Assembly: GCA_040389905.1 (NCBI GenBank) | Contig: JAZJZK010000022.1 | Location: 29,774-93,773, forward strand | Direction: 5' to 3' | DNA length: 64,000 nt | Source: Gemmatimonadota bacterium | GTDB lineage: Bacteria; Gemmatimonadota; Gemmatimonadetes; Gemmatimonadales; Gemmatimonadaceae | In this document: in pieces, positions 12,288 through 20,797 of the stretch | Numbering within the stretch: the stretch's first letter is position 1 | Layout of the letters: the number at the start of each line of letters is the position of its first letter | Notes under the pieces: model-generated | Told to the model about the DNA's origin: nothing | Databases searched by the model: none | What the model saw: the letters and a program-made list of their open reading frames with translations, nothing else | Made by a program: the position numbers and the translations under genes

Positions 12288-13456
12288 GCTCCGCGCTCCA
12301 GTTCAGGCAGAAAAGAGGTTCCGCGCCCGCGAAAACCGACGTGAAGCCACTCGCCGACCGTTGCCCCCAGGTCGGAGAACGTTGGGCGGACGCCCAGCGC
12401 GAGCGGCCGAACCGCTGCCCCGCAGACGAGCAAGGGCACGCGCTCGCGCGCGTGATCGCTCGAGCCCGTTGTCGGGTCGTTGCCGTGGTCCGCGGTAATG
12501 AACAGCAGATCGTCCTCTCGAAGAGCGGCGCGAATGGCCGGTAAAGCGTCATCGAACTGGCGCAGCGCGCCCTCAAAACCGGCCACGTCGCCGCGGTGAC
12601 CGTATAGCGTGTCGAAATCTACAAGGTTGGCGAACAGCAACCCACCCTGCGTGCCCGCGAGCCACTCCAGGATCGCCCGAATGCCCTCGGCGTTGTCCGC
12701 CGTGTGGCGCGCGGTCAAGGAACGTCCCGCAAACAAGTCGTCCACTTTGCCAACCCCTGCCCGGTGGACCCCTGCTCCAGCCAGCGCGTCAAGCAGCGTC
12801 TCTCCGGGTGGAGCAATGGAGAGATCGCGCCTGTTCTTGGTTCGGACGTACGTACCCTCCTCGCCGACGAATGGCCTCGCAATCACTCGAGAGACATCGT
12901 GCGGTGCAACCAACTGCGCGCGCGCGATCTCGCAGGCGCGATACAACTCGGCCAGCGGAATCACCGCCTCGTTCGCGGCCACCTGAAAGACCGAGTCCGC
13001 CGACGTATACACGATCCATTTTCCGGTCCGCGCATGCTCGGCGCCAAATCGCTCGATGATCTCCGTCCCACTGGCGGCCACGTTCCCGAGGACGCCCCGC
13101 CCCGTTTCTCTCTCGAAGGCCTCGAGTACCTCAGAGGGGAACCCATTGGGGTACGTCGGAAAGGGTTTCGCGAGATGGAGTCCTGCAATCTCCCAGTGGC
13201 CGGTTGTGCTGTCCTTTCCCGCCGACGCCGGATTCATCATTCCCCACGCGCCCGCCGGAGCTACCGCCGGTTCCACCCCTTCAAGTGGCGCGATGTTCCC
13301 GAGGCCGATCGCCTGAAGATTCGGCAGAAGCAACCCGCCCCGCACACGGGCGATATTCCCGAGGGTATCACTGCCGACATCGCCATAGGCCGCCGCGTCG
13401 TCCGCTGCCCCGATCCCGACGCCATCCAGCACCAGGATGACTGCGCGATTCCTCAT
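12284..13456 (-). CDS. deoB: Phosphopentomutase
   Basis: VLDGVGIG, GKDSTTGHWE, YTSADSVFQ, NLVDFDTLYGHR and TADHGNDPT motifs. Confidence 0.96.
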   Translation of the reverse strand: MRNRAVILVLDGVGIGAADDAAAYGDVGSDTLGNIARVRGGLLLPNLQAIGLGNIAPLEGVEPAVAPAGAWGMMNPASAGKDSTTGHWEIAGLHLAKPFPTYPNGFPSEVLEAFERETGRGVLGNVAASGTEIIERFGAEHARTGKWIVYTSADSVFQVAANEAVIPLAELYRACEIARAQLVAPHDVSRVIARPFVGEEGTYVRTKNRRDLSIAPPGETLLDALAGAGVHRAGVGKVDDLFAGRSLTARHTADNAEGIRAILEWLAGTQGGLLFANLVDFDTLYGHRGDVAGFEGALRQFDDALPAIRAALREDDLLFITADHGNDPTTGSSDHARERVPLLVCGAAVRPLALGVRPTFSDLGATVGEWLHVGFRGRGTSFLPELERGA

Positions 13457-14535
13457 GCCGGTAACTCCGGGGCTTCCTGGCCGACGTACCGGCGGGGCAA
13501 ACGAAGGCGAAGCCCTGTGAGGACTTCGTAGGCGGACACGTCGCTTCGCTGGGCGAGTTCGCTCACGGTGATGACGTCGCCCCCGTCGCGGCCGAGCAGC
13601 GTGACAAGATCGCCTAATTCGGCTTCCACATCAGTCACGTCCAGCATCGTCATGTCCATGGTCACTCGGCCCGCCACGGGAATGCGCTGTCCCCGTAACA
13701 GCACCTCGCCCCCGTTGCTGAGCGATCGGCGATATCCGTCGGCATACCCCACCGGCACCGTGGCGATCCTCCGAGCGCCCGCGGCACGCCACGTCGCATC
13801 GTAGCCCACCGATTCCCCGTCGTTTACGGTGCGCATCTCGACGATTCGCGCTCGCATGCTGGCGACTGGCTCGGGGACAAGCGCGCCTCCCTCGATGGAC
13901 GATACGCCATAGAGAAAGATGCCGGGGCGGCACAGGGTCCATGGCGACGGTGCACGCATCTCAATTGCCGCGCTGTTTTCGACGTGGACGACTGGCGGAC
14001 GCTCGGGGAGTTGGGCCAGCGCCTCCGCGAACCGTCGCTCCTGCACCGCTCGGCTGTCGTCGGTGAGTTCAGCGGAGTGGAAATGGGTGAACACGCCTGC
14101 CGGCGCCGAACGCTCGAACAGCAATCTATTTTCCAGAACTTGCGTCCAGAGCATGCCCGCCCGAGACATTCCGGTGTCGATCTGGAGTTGCCAGGGTCGC
14201 CCCGTCCTCGCCCACGATTCGATGACGGCAGGATCGCCAAGGGCTGGCGTCAGGTCGGCGCGCCGCAGCGCGTCGATTTCGTTGCGGAGAATCGGGGTGA
14301 ACACGACAATCGGCCGGCCGATGCCACCGCGGCGTAGATCCTCGCCCTCGGCCACCGTCGCGACGCCAAATCCCCACGGATCGAGCGCATCGAGTGCCAA
14401 GGCGGCGCGAAGCCCTCCGAGGCCGTAGCCGTCCGCCATGACCATCGGCAAGATCGGCGCGCCCGCCAGGGCACCGATGGCGGCGCCGTTGCGGCACAAA
14501 GCGCCCAAGTCAACCTCGACCCAGGCGCGTGTCAT
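13453..14535 (-). CDS. alr: Alanine racemase homologue with the PLP-binding Lys replaced by Met (M33)
   Basis: IDTGMSR, RPGIFLYG, VGY, GYADG and GRVTMD are present. The xVKAxxYG motif reads MVMADGYG (codon ATG at 14437-14439). Confidence 0.88.
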   Translation of the reverse strand: MTRAWVEVDLGALCRNGAAIGALAGAPILPMVMADGYGLGGLRAALALDALDPWGFGVATVAEGEDLRRGGIGRPIVVFTPILRNEIDALRRADLTPALGDPAVIESWARTGRPWQLQIDTGMSRAGMLWTQVLENRLLFERSAPAGVFTHFHSAELTDDSRAVQERRFAEALAQLPERPPVVHVENSAAIEMRAPSPWTLCRPGIFLYGVSSIEGGALVPEPVASMRARIVEMRTVNDGESVGYDATWRAAGARRIATVPVGYADGYRRSLSNGGEVLLRGQRIPVAGRVTMDMTMLDVTDVEAELGDLVTLLGRDGGDVITVSELAQRSDVSAYEVLTGLRLRLPRRYVGQEAPELPA

Positions 14536-14540
14536 CTGAC

Positions 14541-14606
14541 GGCGCGAGTAGCTATCATGTGGAGACTAAAGAAGATAGGAGCACCGCCAGGTCGGTGCAA
14601 CCGAGG
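14541..14606 (+). repeat. Left copy of a decayed direct repeat flanking the racemase/epimerase cassette
   Basis: Ungapped manual alignment to 18320-18385 gives 45/66 identities, including exact GCTATCATGTG and TGCAACCGA at the same 45-nt offset. Confidence 0.65.
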
Positions 14607-14649
14607 TGGTGGGCGTTCTTCGACGCCGACGATGGGCAAAATGGTTGCC

Positions 14650-15747
14650 TCAGTGCACGAGCGCGCAGCCGTGGCCGAGGAGTCCGTCAGGGATCGATAT
14701 CGTCGGCCCTTCATAGACCATTCCACCGGCAATCGGCCCCGGGCGCATGAAGAACGGCGTGTCGAGATCTACATACCGAATCGTCTCGGGATAACGCATG
14801 GCAAGAGCTGCCGAGACCGTCATGCTCAGCCGTGTCTCTACCATGCCACCGATCATGCAGACCATACCACGATCAGCCGCTCGCTCGATTGCCACCACTG
14901 TGGGCCCCAGACCCATCTTCATGGTCTTGAAGTTCACGGACCGCAGTGACGGAAACTGACAGATCGCGTCGAGGTCCTCCACCGACTTCAGGGATTCGTC
15001 GAGGCAGATCAGCACGTCAGTGGACTCCTGAAGCGTGGCCAGGTCTCTCAGCGACTCACGCGACAGCGGCTGCTCGAGCAGGGGAATCGCAATGCCAGCG
15101 GATGCCAGCGACGCCAACAACTCGCGCGCCGTCGCCAAATCGTACGCGCAATTAGCGTCCAACACGATCTCGAGTGAGGGAAACGCGCCGTGAATGCTGA
15201 CCAGAAGGTCGACGTCCTCGCGAAGTGCTCGGCCGCCGATCTTCACTTTCAATGTCGTGAAACCCTTCGAGACGACGTCCGCCACGAAGCCGAGCGCCTG
15301 ATCGACCGGCCCGACGGGCAGGGTGATGTCACTCGTTATCGTGCGGCACTGCGGTGGCATCCAGTCGAGCACGGACATGCCCTGTGAGCGCAACCGGGCA
15401 TCGAGGACGGCCAGCTCCAATCCGCACTGCGCCGCCGGCGCATGCGGAAATGCGCCCAGCACGCGAGTGCTTTCGACGTAATTCAAGCGCTCCGCGGGCG
15501 TGAGCGTCGCCGTCGTGCGCTCGAATTCGCGGAGTATTTCGATCGTCGAATCGACGGTTTCACCTGAGACGGCGGGAAAGGGTGCGCTTTCGCCGATGCC
15601 GACGGTGCCATCACTCAATGTCGCAGTGGTGATGACGGCGAGCGCCGTGGCCATGCCGCCACCGGCGATGGCAAATGGCATGATCAGATCGTGCTCGATG
15701 ATCTCGAACGCTACCGCGGAAAGGCCAAGCTCCTCAGTCGATGACAC
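14650..15747 (-). CDS. Dipeptide epimerase (L-Ala-D/L-Glu epimerase family, enolase superfamily)
   Basis: GIGESAP, KVKIG, metal ligands in DAN/EQP/DES, NFKTMKMG, GGMVET and DLD motifs. Confidence 0.88.
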   Translation of the reverse strand: MSSTEELGLSAVAFEIIEHDLIMPFAIAGGGMATALAVITTATLSDGTVGIGESAPFPAVSGETVDSTIEILREFERTTATLTPAERLNYVESTRVLGAFPHAPAAQCGLELAVLDARLRSQGMSVLDWMPPQCRTITSDITLPVGPVDQALGFVADVVSKGFTTLKVKIGGRALREDVDLLVSIHGAFPSLEIVLDANCAYDLATARELLASLASAGIAIPLLEQPLSRESLRDLATLQESTDVLICLDESLKSVEDLDAICQFPSLRSVNFKTMKMGLGPTVVAIERAADRGMVCMIGGMVETRLSMTVSAALAMRYPETIRYVDLDTPFFMRPGPIAGGMVYEGPTISIPDGLLGHGCALVH

Positions 15748-15750
15748 AGT

Positions 15751-18249
15751 TCAATGTCTCACGAAAATGCGTTGAACCCGGGGACCGAGCCGGGAGATGA
15801 CTTCGTACGGAATGGTCTGCATCGCCTCTGCCACGTGTTCGATGGACTGCGACGACCGGCCGCGCGCGCCGAAGACGAGGACATCATATCCCACCTCGGC
15901 CTCAGGACACTCGCTGAGGTCGATGACCATCGAATCCATCGAGATTCTGCCGACCACGGCACATCGTCGCCCATTGATGACGACCGAGCCATGTGCGGCG
16001 AAGGAACGAAAAACACCGTCGTAATACCCGAGCTGCACGACGCCCACCGTGAGCTCCCGATCCGCCTGGAAGGTTCCTCCGTAGCCCACGCGGTCTCCTG
16101 GCCGTAGGACGCGCCGGTCGATGAGCCGGCTCACGAGTGTCAGCGACGGAACCAATGGGACCGCGCGACAATCTAGCGAGGGAGCGATGCCGAGCAGCGC
16201 CAGGCCGACGCGCACCATTTCCATGGCGTGCCCGGGAAACCGAATGATGCCCGCACTTGCCAGCGCGTGGCGAGGCGGGATCGTTGCGCCGGCTGCCTCG
16301 GCGGCGCTGATCGTCTGGTCGAACAGTGCGAGTTGGCCTCGCGTGAAGTCGTCCATCGATTGCTCATCCGCACTTGCGAGGTGCGTCATGATTCCGGCAA
16401 CCGGAACATTGGCGCGTTGGAGCGCAAGAAGCGCGGACGGCGTGATGTCGGGTGCGAGTCCCGTACGATGCATTCCCGTGTCGACCTCGAGATGCACATT
16501 CGCAACTCGGTCTGGAGACGCGAGAACCGCGCGTAGTAATTCCTCGCTGTGCACACAGGGCGTCAGGTGTGCGATACGCGCCTTGTCGAGTTCGTCCGGC
16601 GTGGCCAACAACACGAGGATCGGACGAGAAACGCCCGACCGTCGAAGGGCGACGCCCTCATCTGTATGCGACACGGCGAACTGGTCGACACCAGCGGCGG
16701 CGAGATGGCGCGCGAGCTCGGTTGCGTCTGCGCCGTACGCGCTCGCCTTTACCACGGCCATGATCTGCGCGCCCGGACAGCGGTGTCGCACCATCGCGAG
16801 GTTGATCTCGATAGCGCCGACGTCGATGTAGAGCCTCGTCGGCGCCATCGCTTCGAACAGTTCCTTCGCGATGCCATCGATCATCTGGCCTCGCCCCGTA
16901 AAGAGCGCGACGACATCTCCAGCGCGCACCTCTCCGATGAGCGCGGCCCCAAGCGCACCCGCGTCGTGGAAGACGTGAAGCTCGGCCGCGGACTTCGAGT
17001 CGGCCATGATGTCGGCCGCCCGTCCTGCCGTCATGTAGATCGACGCCGTCTGCTGCGCGACAAGGTCTCGCAGCGTGAGGAGCGTATTCTCCGACAACGC
17101 GTGTACCGCCTCGTTGAGCACGAGGTAGATTCGGCCATTCCCTCCGGCCGTTGCCACCGCATCCGCGATCGCGACGCGCCACGCCATCGCATCGTCCACG
17201 ACCGCGCAACGCAGGAAGTGCACGCCCTTCGGCGATTTCCACGTCTGCAGGTCGAGCGACGTCGGGCTGTAGGATTGTGAGCGGGGAGCGTGCGCGAGAA
17301 TCGTCGCGGCCGCCGCGGCAAGGGCGACATCGTCGGCCAACCACGATGAGGAGGTGGCCACTTCGATCCGGGATGTGGTCGCGTCAGGGGAGCGAACGAG
17401 CACACTCATGATGTCGGAGCCAATCCGCTCGATTCGCTCGACGGGCCACCGGGCGGTGCGTGGTTGCTCCAGAGACGTCCCCGTCGGCAGGAAACGCGCG
17501 AGGTTCGTGGCGGGGTCACCGCAGACCACTTTCCCGTTCGGCGGTAGGTGACGCGCGAGTTCGGAGAGTTCCGCGGCGTACCGCTCCATGCTGCCGAAGC
17601 GGTGCTGAAATCGGCTTCCGACGTTCGTCACGACGAGGCTCGTCGGGCGCACCATATCCGCATGCCGCGCCATTTCCCCCATTTCCGTCGCGGCAATCTC
17701 GATGACGGCATAATCCGCCTCGGGAGGACACGAGAGCAGCGACAGGGGAACACCAATCTGACTGTTGAAGCTACCCGGGCTGCCGTAGCAAAAGCCCGAT
17801 TCACCGAGGAACGACACGAGTGCGTCCTTCGTACTCGTCTTGCCGACGGAGCCGGCCACGGCGATGACCTCGCAGCGGAGTTGCAGCCGGTACCAGCGGG
17901 CGAGGTCTTGCAGGGCGGTCAACGAGTTGTCGACGCGCACGAGAGCGCGTCCATCCGCATTGCCCGACCACGTTTGCTCGACGATCGCGCAACTTGCTCC
18001 GCGATCGAGCGCATCTAAAACCCATTGATGGCCGTCGCGCTTGCCATGCAGCGCGAAGAAGATGGTGCCTCGCTCCACGAGACTCGAGTGAATGGCAACG
18101 CGACGCGGGCCGAGGTCGACGTCCGCGTCGATGTCGCTCGCTGCGACAATGTCTCCGTGCACAACCGTCGCCAAGTCGCGCAGCGTCAACCGAATCGCAG
18201 ACGCCGCATCCGCCTGACGAATTCCCGTTCTCACGTTGTCCGCGCGCAT
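15751..18249 (-). CDS. MurF-like Mur-ligase / alanine racemase fusion protein
   Basis: N-terminal part has FFAL.GK.DGH, GSVGKTSTK and SFNSQIGVPLSL. The C-terminal part (~15751-16850) has AVVKASAYG, VDTGMHR, VGYG, GYYDG, GRISMD and TIPYE. Confidence 0.9.
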   Translation of the reverse strand: MRADNVRTGIRQADAASAIRLTLRDLATVVHGDIVAASDIDADVDLGPRRVAIHSSLVERGTIFFALHGKRDGHQWVLDALDRGASCAIVEQTWSGNADGRALVRVDNSLTALQDLARWYRLQLRCEVIAVAGSVGKTSTKDALVSFLGESGFCYGSPGSFNSQIGVPLSLLSCPPEADYAVIEIAATEMGEMARHADMVRPTSLVVTNVGSRFQHRFGSMERYAAELSELARHLPPNGKVVCGDPATNLARFLPTGTSLEQPRTARWPVERIERIGSDIMSVLVRSPDATTSRIEVATSSSWLADDVALAAAAATILAHAPRSQSYSPTSLDLQTWKSPKGVHFLRCAVVDDAMAWRVAIADAVATAGGNGRIYLVLNEAVHALSENTLLTLRDLVAQQTASIYMTAGRAADIMADSKSAAELHVFHDAGALGAALIGEVRAGDVVALFTGRGQMIDGIAKELFEAMAPTRLYIDVGAIEINLAMVRHRCPGAQIMAVVKASAYGADATELARHLAAAGVDQFAVSHTDEGVALRRSGVSRPILVLLATPDELDKARIAHLTPCVHSEELLRAVLASPDRVANVHLEVDTGMHRTGLAPDITPSALLALQRANVPVAGIMTHLASADEQSMDDFTRGQLALFDQTISAAEAAGATIPPRHALASAGIIRFPGHAMEMVRVGLALLGIAPSLDCRAVPLVPSLTLVSRLIDRRVLRPGDRVGYGGTFQADRELTVGVVQLGYYDGVFRSFAAHGSVVINGRRCAVVGRISMDSMVIDLSECPEAEVGYDVLVFGARGRSSQSIEHVAEAMQTIPYEVISRLGPRVQRIFVRH

Positions 18250-18319
18250 CGCGAATTCATCGACTGGGCGGCGGCCGACGCCGCAGCGTTCCGGCGCCTC
18301 ACGCGCAATGTTCCTTGGC

Positions 18320-18385
18320 GGCGCAACTCGCTATCATGTGCACACGCAACAGCATACGAGGCTACCGAGAGCGATGCAACCGAAG
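18320..18385 (+). repeat. Right copy of the decayed direct repeat; covers the mazG upstream region and start codon
   Basis: See 14541-14606; contains a TATCAT -10-like hexamer (18332-18337) and ATG 18374. Confidence 0.65.
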
Positions 18386-19141
18386 CCGGGACTGGCGGAT
18401 ACGCTGGCACTAATGAAGGATCTTCGCCTGCGCTGCGAGTGGGATGCGGCGCAGACGCACGAGTCGCTGCGCCCGTATCTGATTGAGGAGGCGTATGAGG
18501 TCGACGATGCCATCCGCTCGGGTGACGACCGCTTGCTCCGCGAAGAGTTGGGGGACCTGCTCCTTCAGGTGCTGTTCCACAGCGTCGTCGCGGAGGAGCG
18601 TGGTGCGTTTGATTTCGCGGACGTCGCAGAGGGGTTCCTCGCCAAGATGAAGTCACGTCACCCGCACCTGTACGAGGGTGGCGAGCGCCAGAGCTGGGAA
18701 GGCATGAAGGCGAAGAAACGGGACAGCATCGTCGACGGCCTGCCTGCGGAACTCCCTGCCTTGCATCGTGCGTTCCGTCTTCAGGATCGGGCGGCGGGCG
18801 TCGGCTTCGACTGGCCTGATGCGGTAGGGCCCGCCGCGAAAGTGGAGGAAGAGCTCGCTGAAGTCCGTGCCGAGGTGGACCGTGGGGCGAAAGCCTCTGG
18901 CAATGGGGTGCCGGACCCGCTGCTCGAGGACGAACTCGGCGATCTCCTCTTTTCCGTGGTCAACCTGTGCCGGAAGCTCGGTGTGCACCCGTCACTGGCG
19001 CTGGATAAGGCGAATGTGAAGTTTGCTACGCGATTTCAGGGGATCGAAGCGCTCGCCAAATCAAGGGGAATTGATGTGAAGACGGCCGGCCTCGACGTCC
19101 TCGACACGCTCTGGGACGAGGTAAAAAAGTCGCCGCTTTAG
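18374..19141 (+). CDS. mazG: Nucleoside triphosphate pyrophosphohydrolase MazG
   Basis: CEWDAAQTHESL.PY.IEEAYE, EELGDLLLQV, RHPH, GFDW, ELGDLLF and KFATRF motifs; start placed at ATG 18374. Confidence 0.95.
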   Translation: MQPKPGLADTLALMKDLRLRCEWDAAQTHESLRPYLIEEAYEVDDAIRSGDDRLLREELGDLLLQVLFHSVVAEERGAFDFADVAEGFLAKMKSRHPHLYEGGERQSWEGMKAKKRDSIVDGLPAELPALHRAFRLQDRAAGVGFDWPDAVGPAAKVEEELAEVRAEVDRGAKASGNGVPDPLLEDELGDLLFSVVNLCRKLGVHPSLALDKANVKFATRFQGIEALAKSRGIDVKTAGLDVLDTLWDEVKKSPL

Positions 19142-19247
19142 GAGCGGATTGAACGAATACACCGGAAACTACCGGATCAAAAACAGCCAACACATTCAAA
19201 TTGAGTGATCTGGCTGTTTCCGGTGCATCCGTTCAATCCGTTCCTAA
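19138..19247. repeat. 32-bp-arm inverted repeat between convergent mazG and asnS (family B, CGGAT/ATCCG units)
   Basis: 19138-19169 matches the reverse complement of 19216-19247 at 29/32 positions. Confidence 0.8.
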
Positions 19248-19297
19248 ATCCGTTGCGAATGTGAGCGGTGATTGAGCTGACGCCGGTCGAGGCAAGT

Positions 19298-20602
19298 CTA
19301 CGGCCGCAGCCGATGCATCATCCTCGGAAATGCGATCACTTCCCGGATATGCTGCAGTCCACAGATCCACGCGACCGTCCGCTCCAATCCGAGCCCGAAT
19401 CCGGCATGCGTGAACGTCCCGTAGCGCCGAAGGTCCAGATACCAGTTGTACGCTTCCATCGGTAGCCCTTCGTGCTGGATCCGCGCCACGAGCTTGTCGT
19501 AGTCATCCTCGCGCTGTGACCCGCCGATGATCTCTCCGTACCCTTCTGGCGCCAGGCAGTCATTGCAGAGGACAGTGCGCGGGTCGTCCGGGTTTTCCTT
19601 CATGTAGAAGGCCTTGGCCTCCTTCGGGTAATTCATCACGAACACCGGGCGATCATACTCCGCGACGATCAGCGCCTCGTCCTCTGCGCCGAGGTCCTCG
19701 CCCCATTGTGTCGTGCTGCCCTTTGACTGGATGAGCGCTACGGCATCGGTGTAATCCAGGCGAACGAAGGGCGCCATTACGGTCTCGAGCTTTGTAACGT
19801 CGCGCTCCAATTCCTTGAGTTCGACCTGCCGGCGTTCGAGGACGCGTTGGACCAGGTACGAAACGAAATCCTCCTGGAGCCGCATGTTCGCCGCCGAGTC
19901 GTTCCATGCGACTTCCGGCTCGATCATCCAGAATTCGGTGAGGTGCCGCCGCGTCTTGGATTTCTCCGCGCGAAATGTCGGGCCGAAGGTGTAGATCTTT
20001 CCGAATGCCGCCGCCGCGGCCTCGCCATAGAGCTGGCCGGTTTGTGCCAGGTAGGCATTGCCTTCGTCGAAGTACTCGGTCGCGAACAGGCCGGAACGCT
20101 CGCCGATGGCCGCCGTCAGGATCGGCGTATCGACCCTCAGGAATCCGCGCTCGTAAAAGAAGTCATGAATTGCTTGCTCGATTTCGTTACGAATCACGGC
20201 AATCGCCCGCTGACGCGGTGAGCGCAGCCAGAAGTGACGATTGTCGAGGAGGAAGTCGATGCCGTGCTCCTTCGGTTGAATCGGGTAATCCACCGGGCTC
20301 ACGCCAATGATCTCGAGGTCCGTCACGCCAATCTCGAAGCCACCGGGCGCACGGGGCTCCGCGCGAGCCTCACCGGTGATCGCGACCGATGTCTCCGTCG
20401 TCAGCTGTGCGAAGCGCTCCCAGACCTCGATGGGTAGCTGGTTCTTCACGAACACGGTCTGGCAGACCCCTGTTCCGTCGCGGAGGACGGCAAACGCGAT
20501 CTTCCCTGAGGAACGGACGTGCGTGACCCAGGCACGAACGGTCACGGTGGTTCCAGCGTGCGCAGCAAGCTCGGAGATACGGAGAAACGGAGCGGAGGAC
20601 AT
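19298..20602 (-). CDS. asnS: Asparagine--tRNA ligase
   Basis: OB-fold N-terminus, YLAQTGQLY, FGPTFRAEKSKTRRHLTEFWMIEPE, GEIIGGSQRE and GFGLGLER motifs. Confidence 0.96.
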   Translation of the reverse strand: MSSAPFLRISELAAHAGTTVTVRAWVTHVRSSGKIAFAVLRDGTGVCQTVFVKNQLPIEVWERFAQLTTETSVAITGEARAEPRAPGGFEIGVTDLEIIGVSPVDYPIQPKEHGIDFLLDNRHFWLRSPRQRAIAVIRNEIEQAIHDFFYERGFLRVDTPILTAAIGERSGLFATEYFDEGNAYLAQTGQLYGEAAAAAFGKIYTFGPTFRAEKSKTRRHLTEFWMIEPEVAWNDSAANMRLQEDFVSYLVQRVLERRQVELKELERDVTKLETVMAPFVRLDYTDAVALIQSKGSTTQWGEDLGAEDEALIVAEYDRPVFVMNYPKEAKAFYMKENPDDPRTVLCNDCLAPEGYGEIIGGSQREDDYDKLVARIQHEGLPMEAYNWYLDLRRYGTFTHAGFGLGLERTVAWICGLQHIREVIAFPRMMHRLRP

Positions 20603-20797
20603 GTGGTCGGGGGCGTGTCAGTGGCGCGGGAACGGCGTTGCGCCTAGAATCCGAGGAGGCAGCCCGCGCCACGAGCAGTGAGCGAGGCGCCTCCATGGCT
20701 GAACATCCAATGCTACACGTCGGCTGCAGCGCAGCAAAGGCCCGTCCGGCTAGGCTTTTGCTACGAGTTGTCGCCAATCCACCTGCTCGCGAACCAC

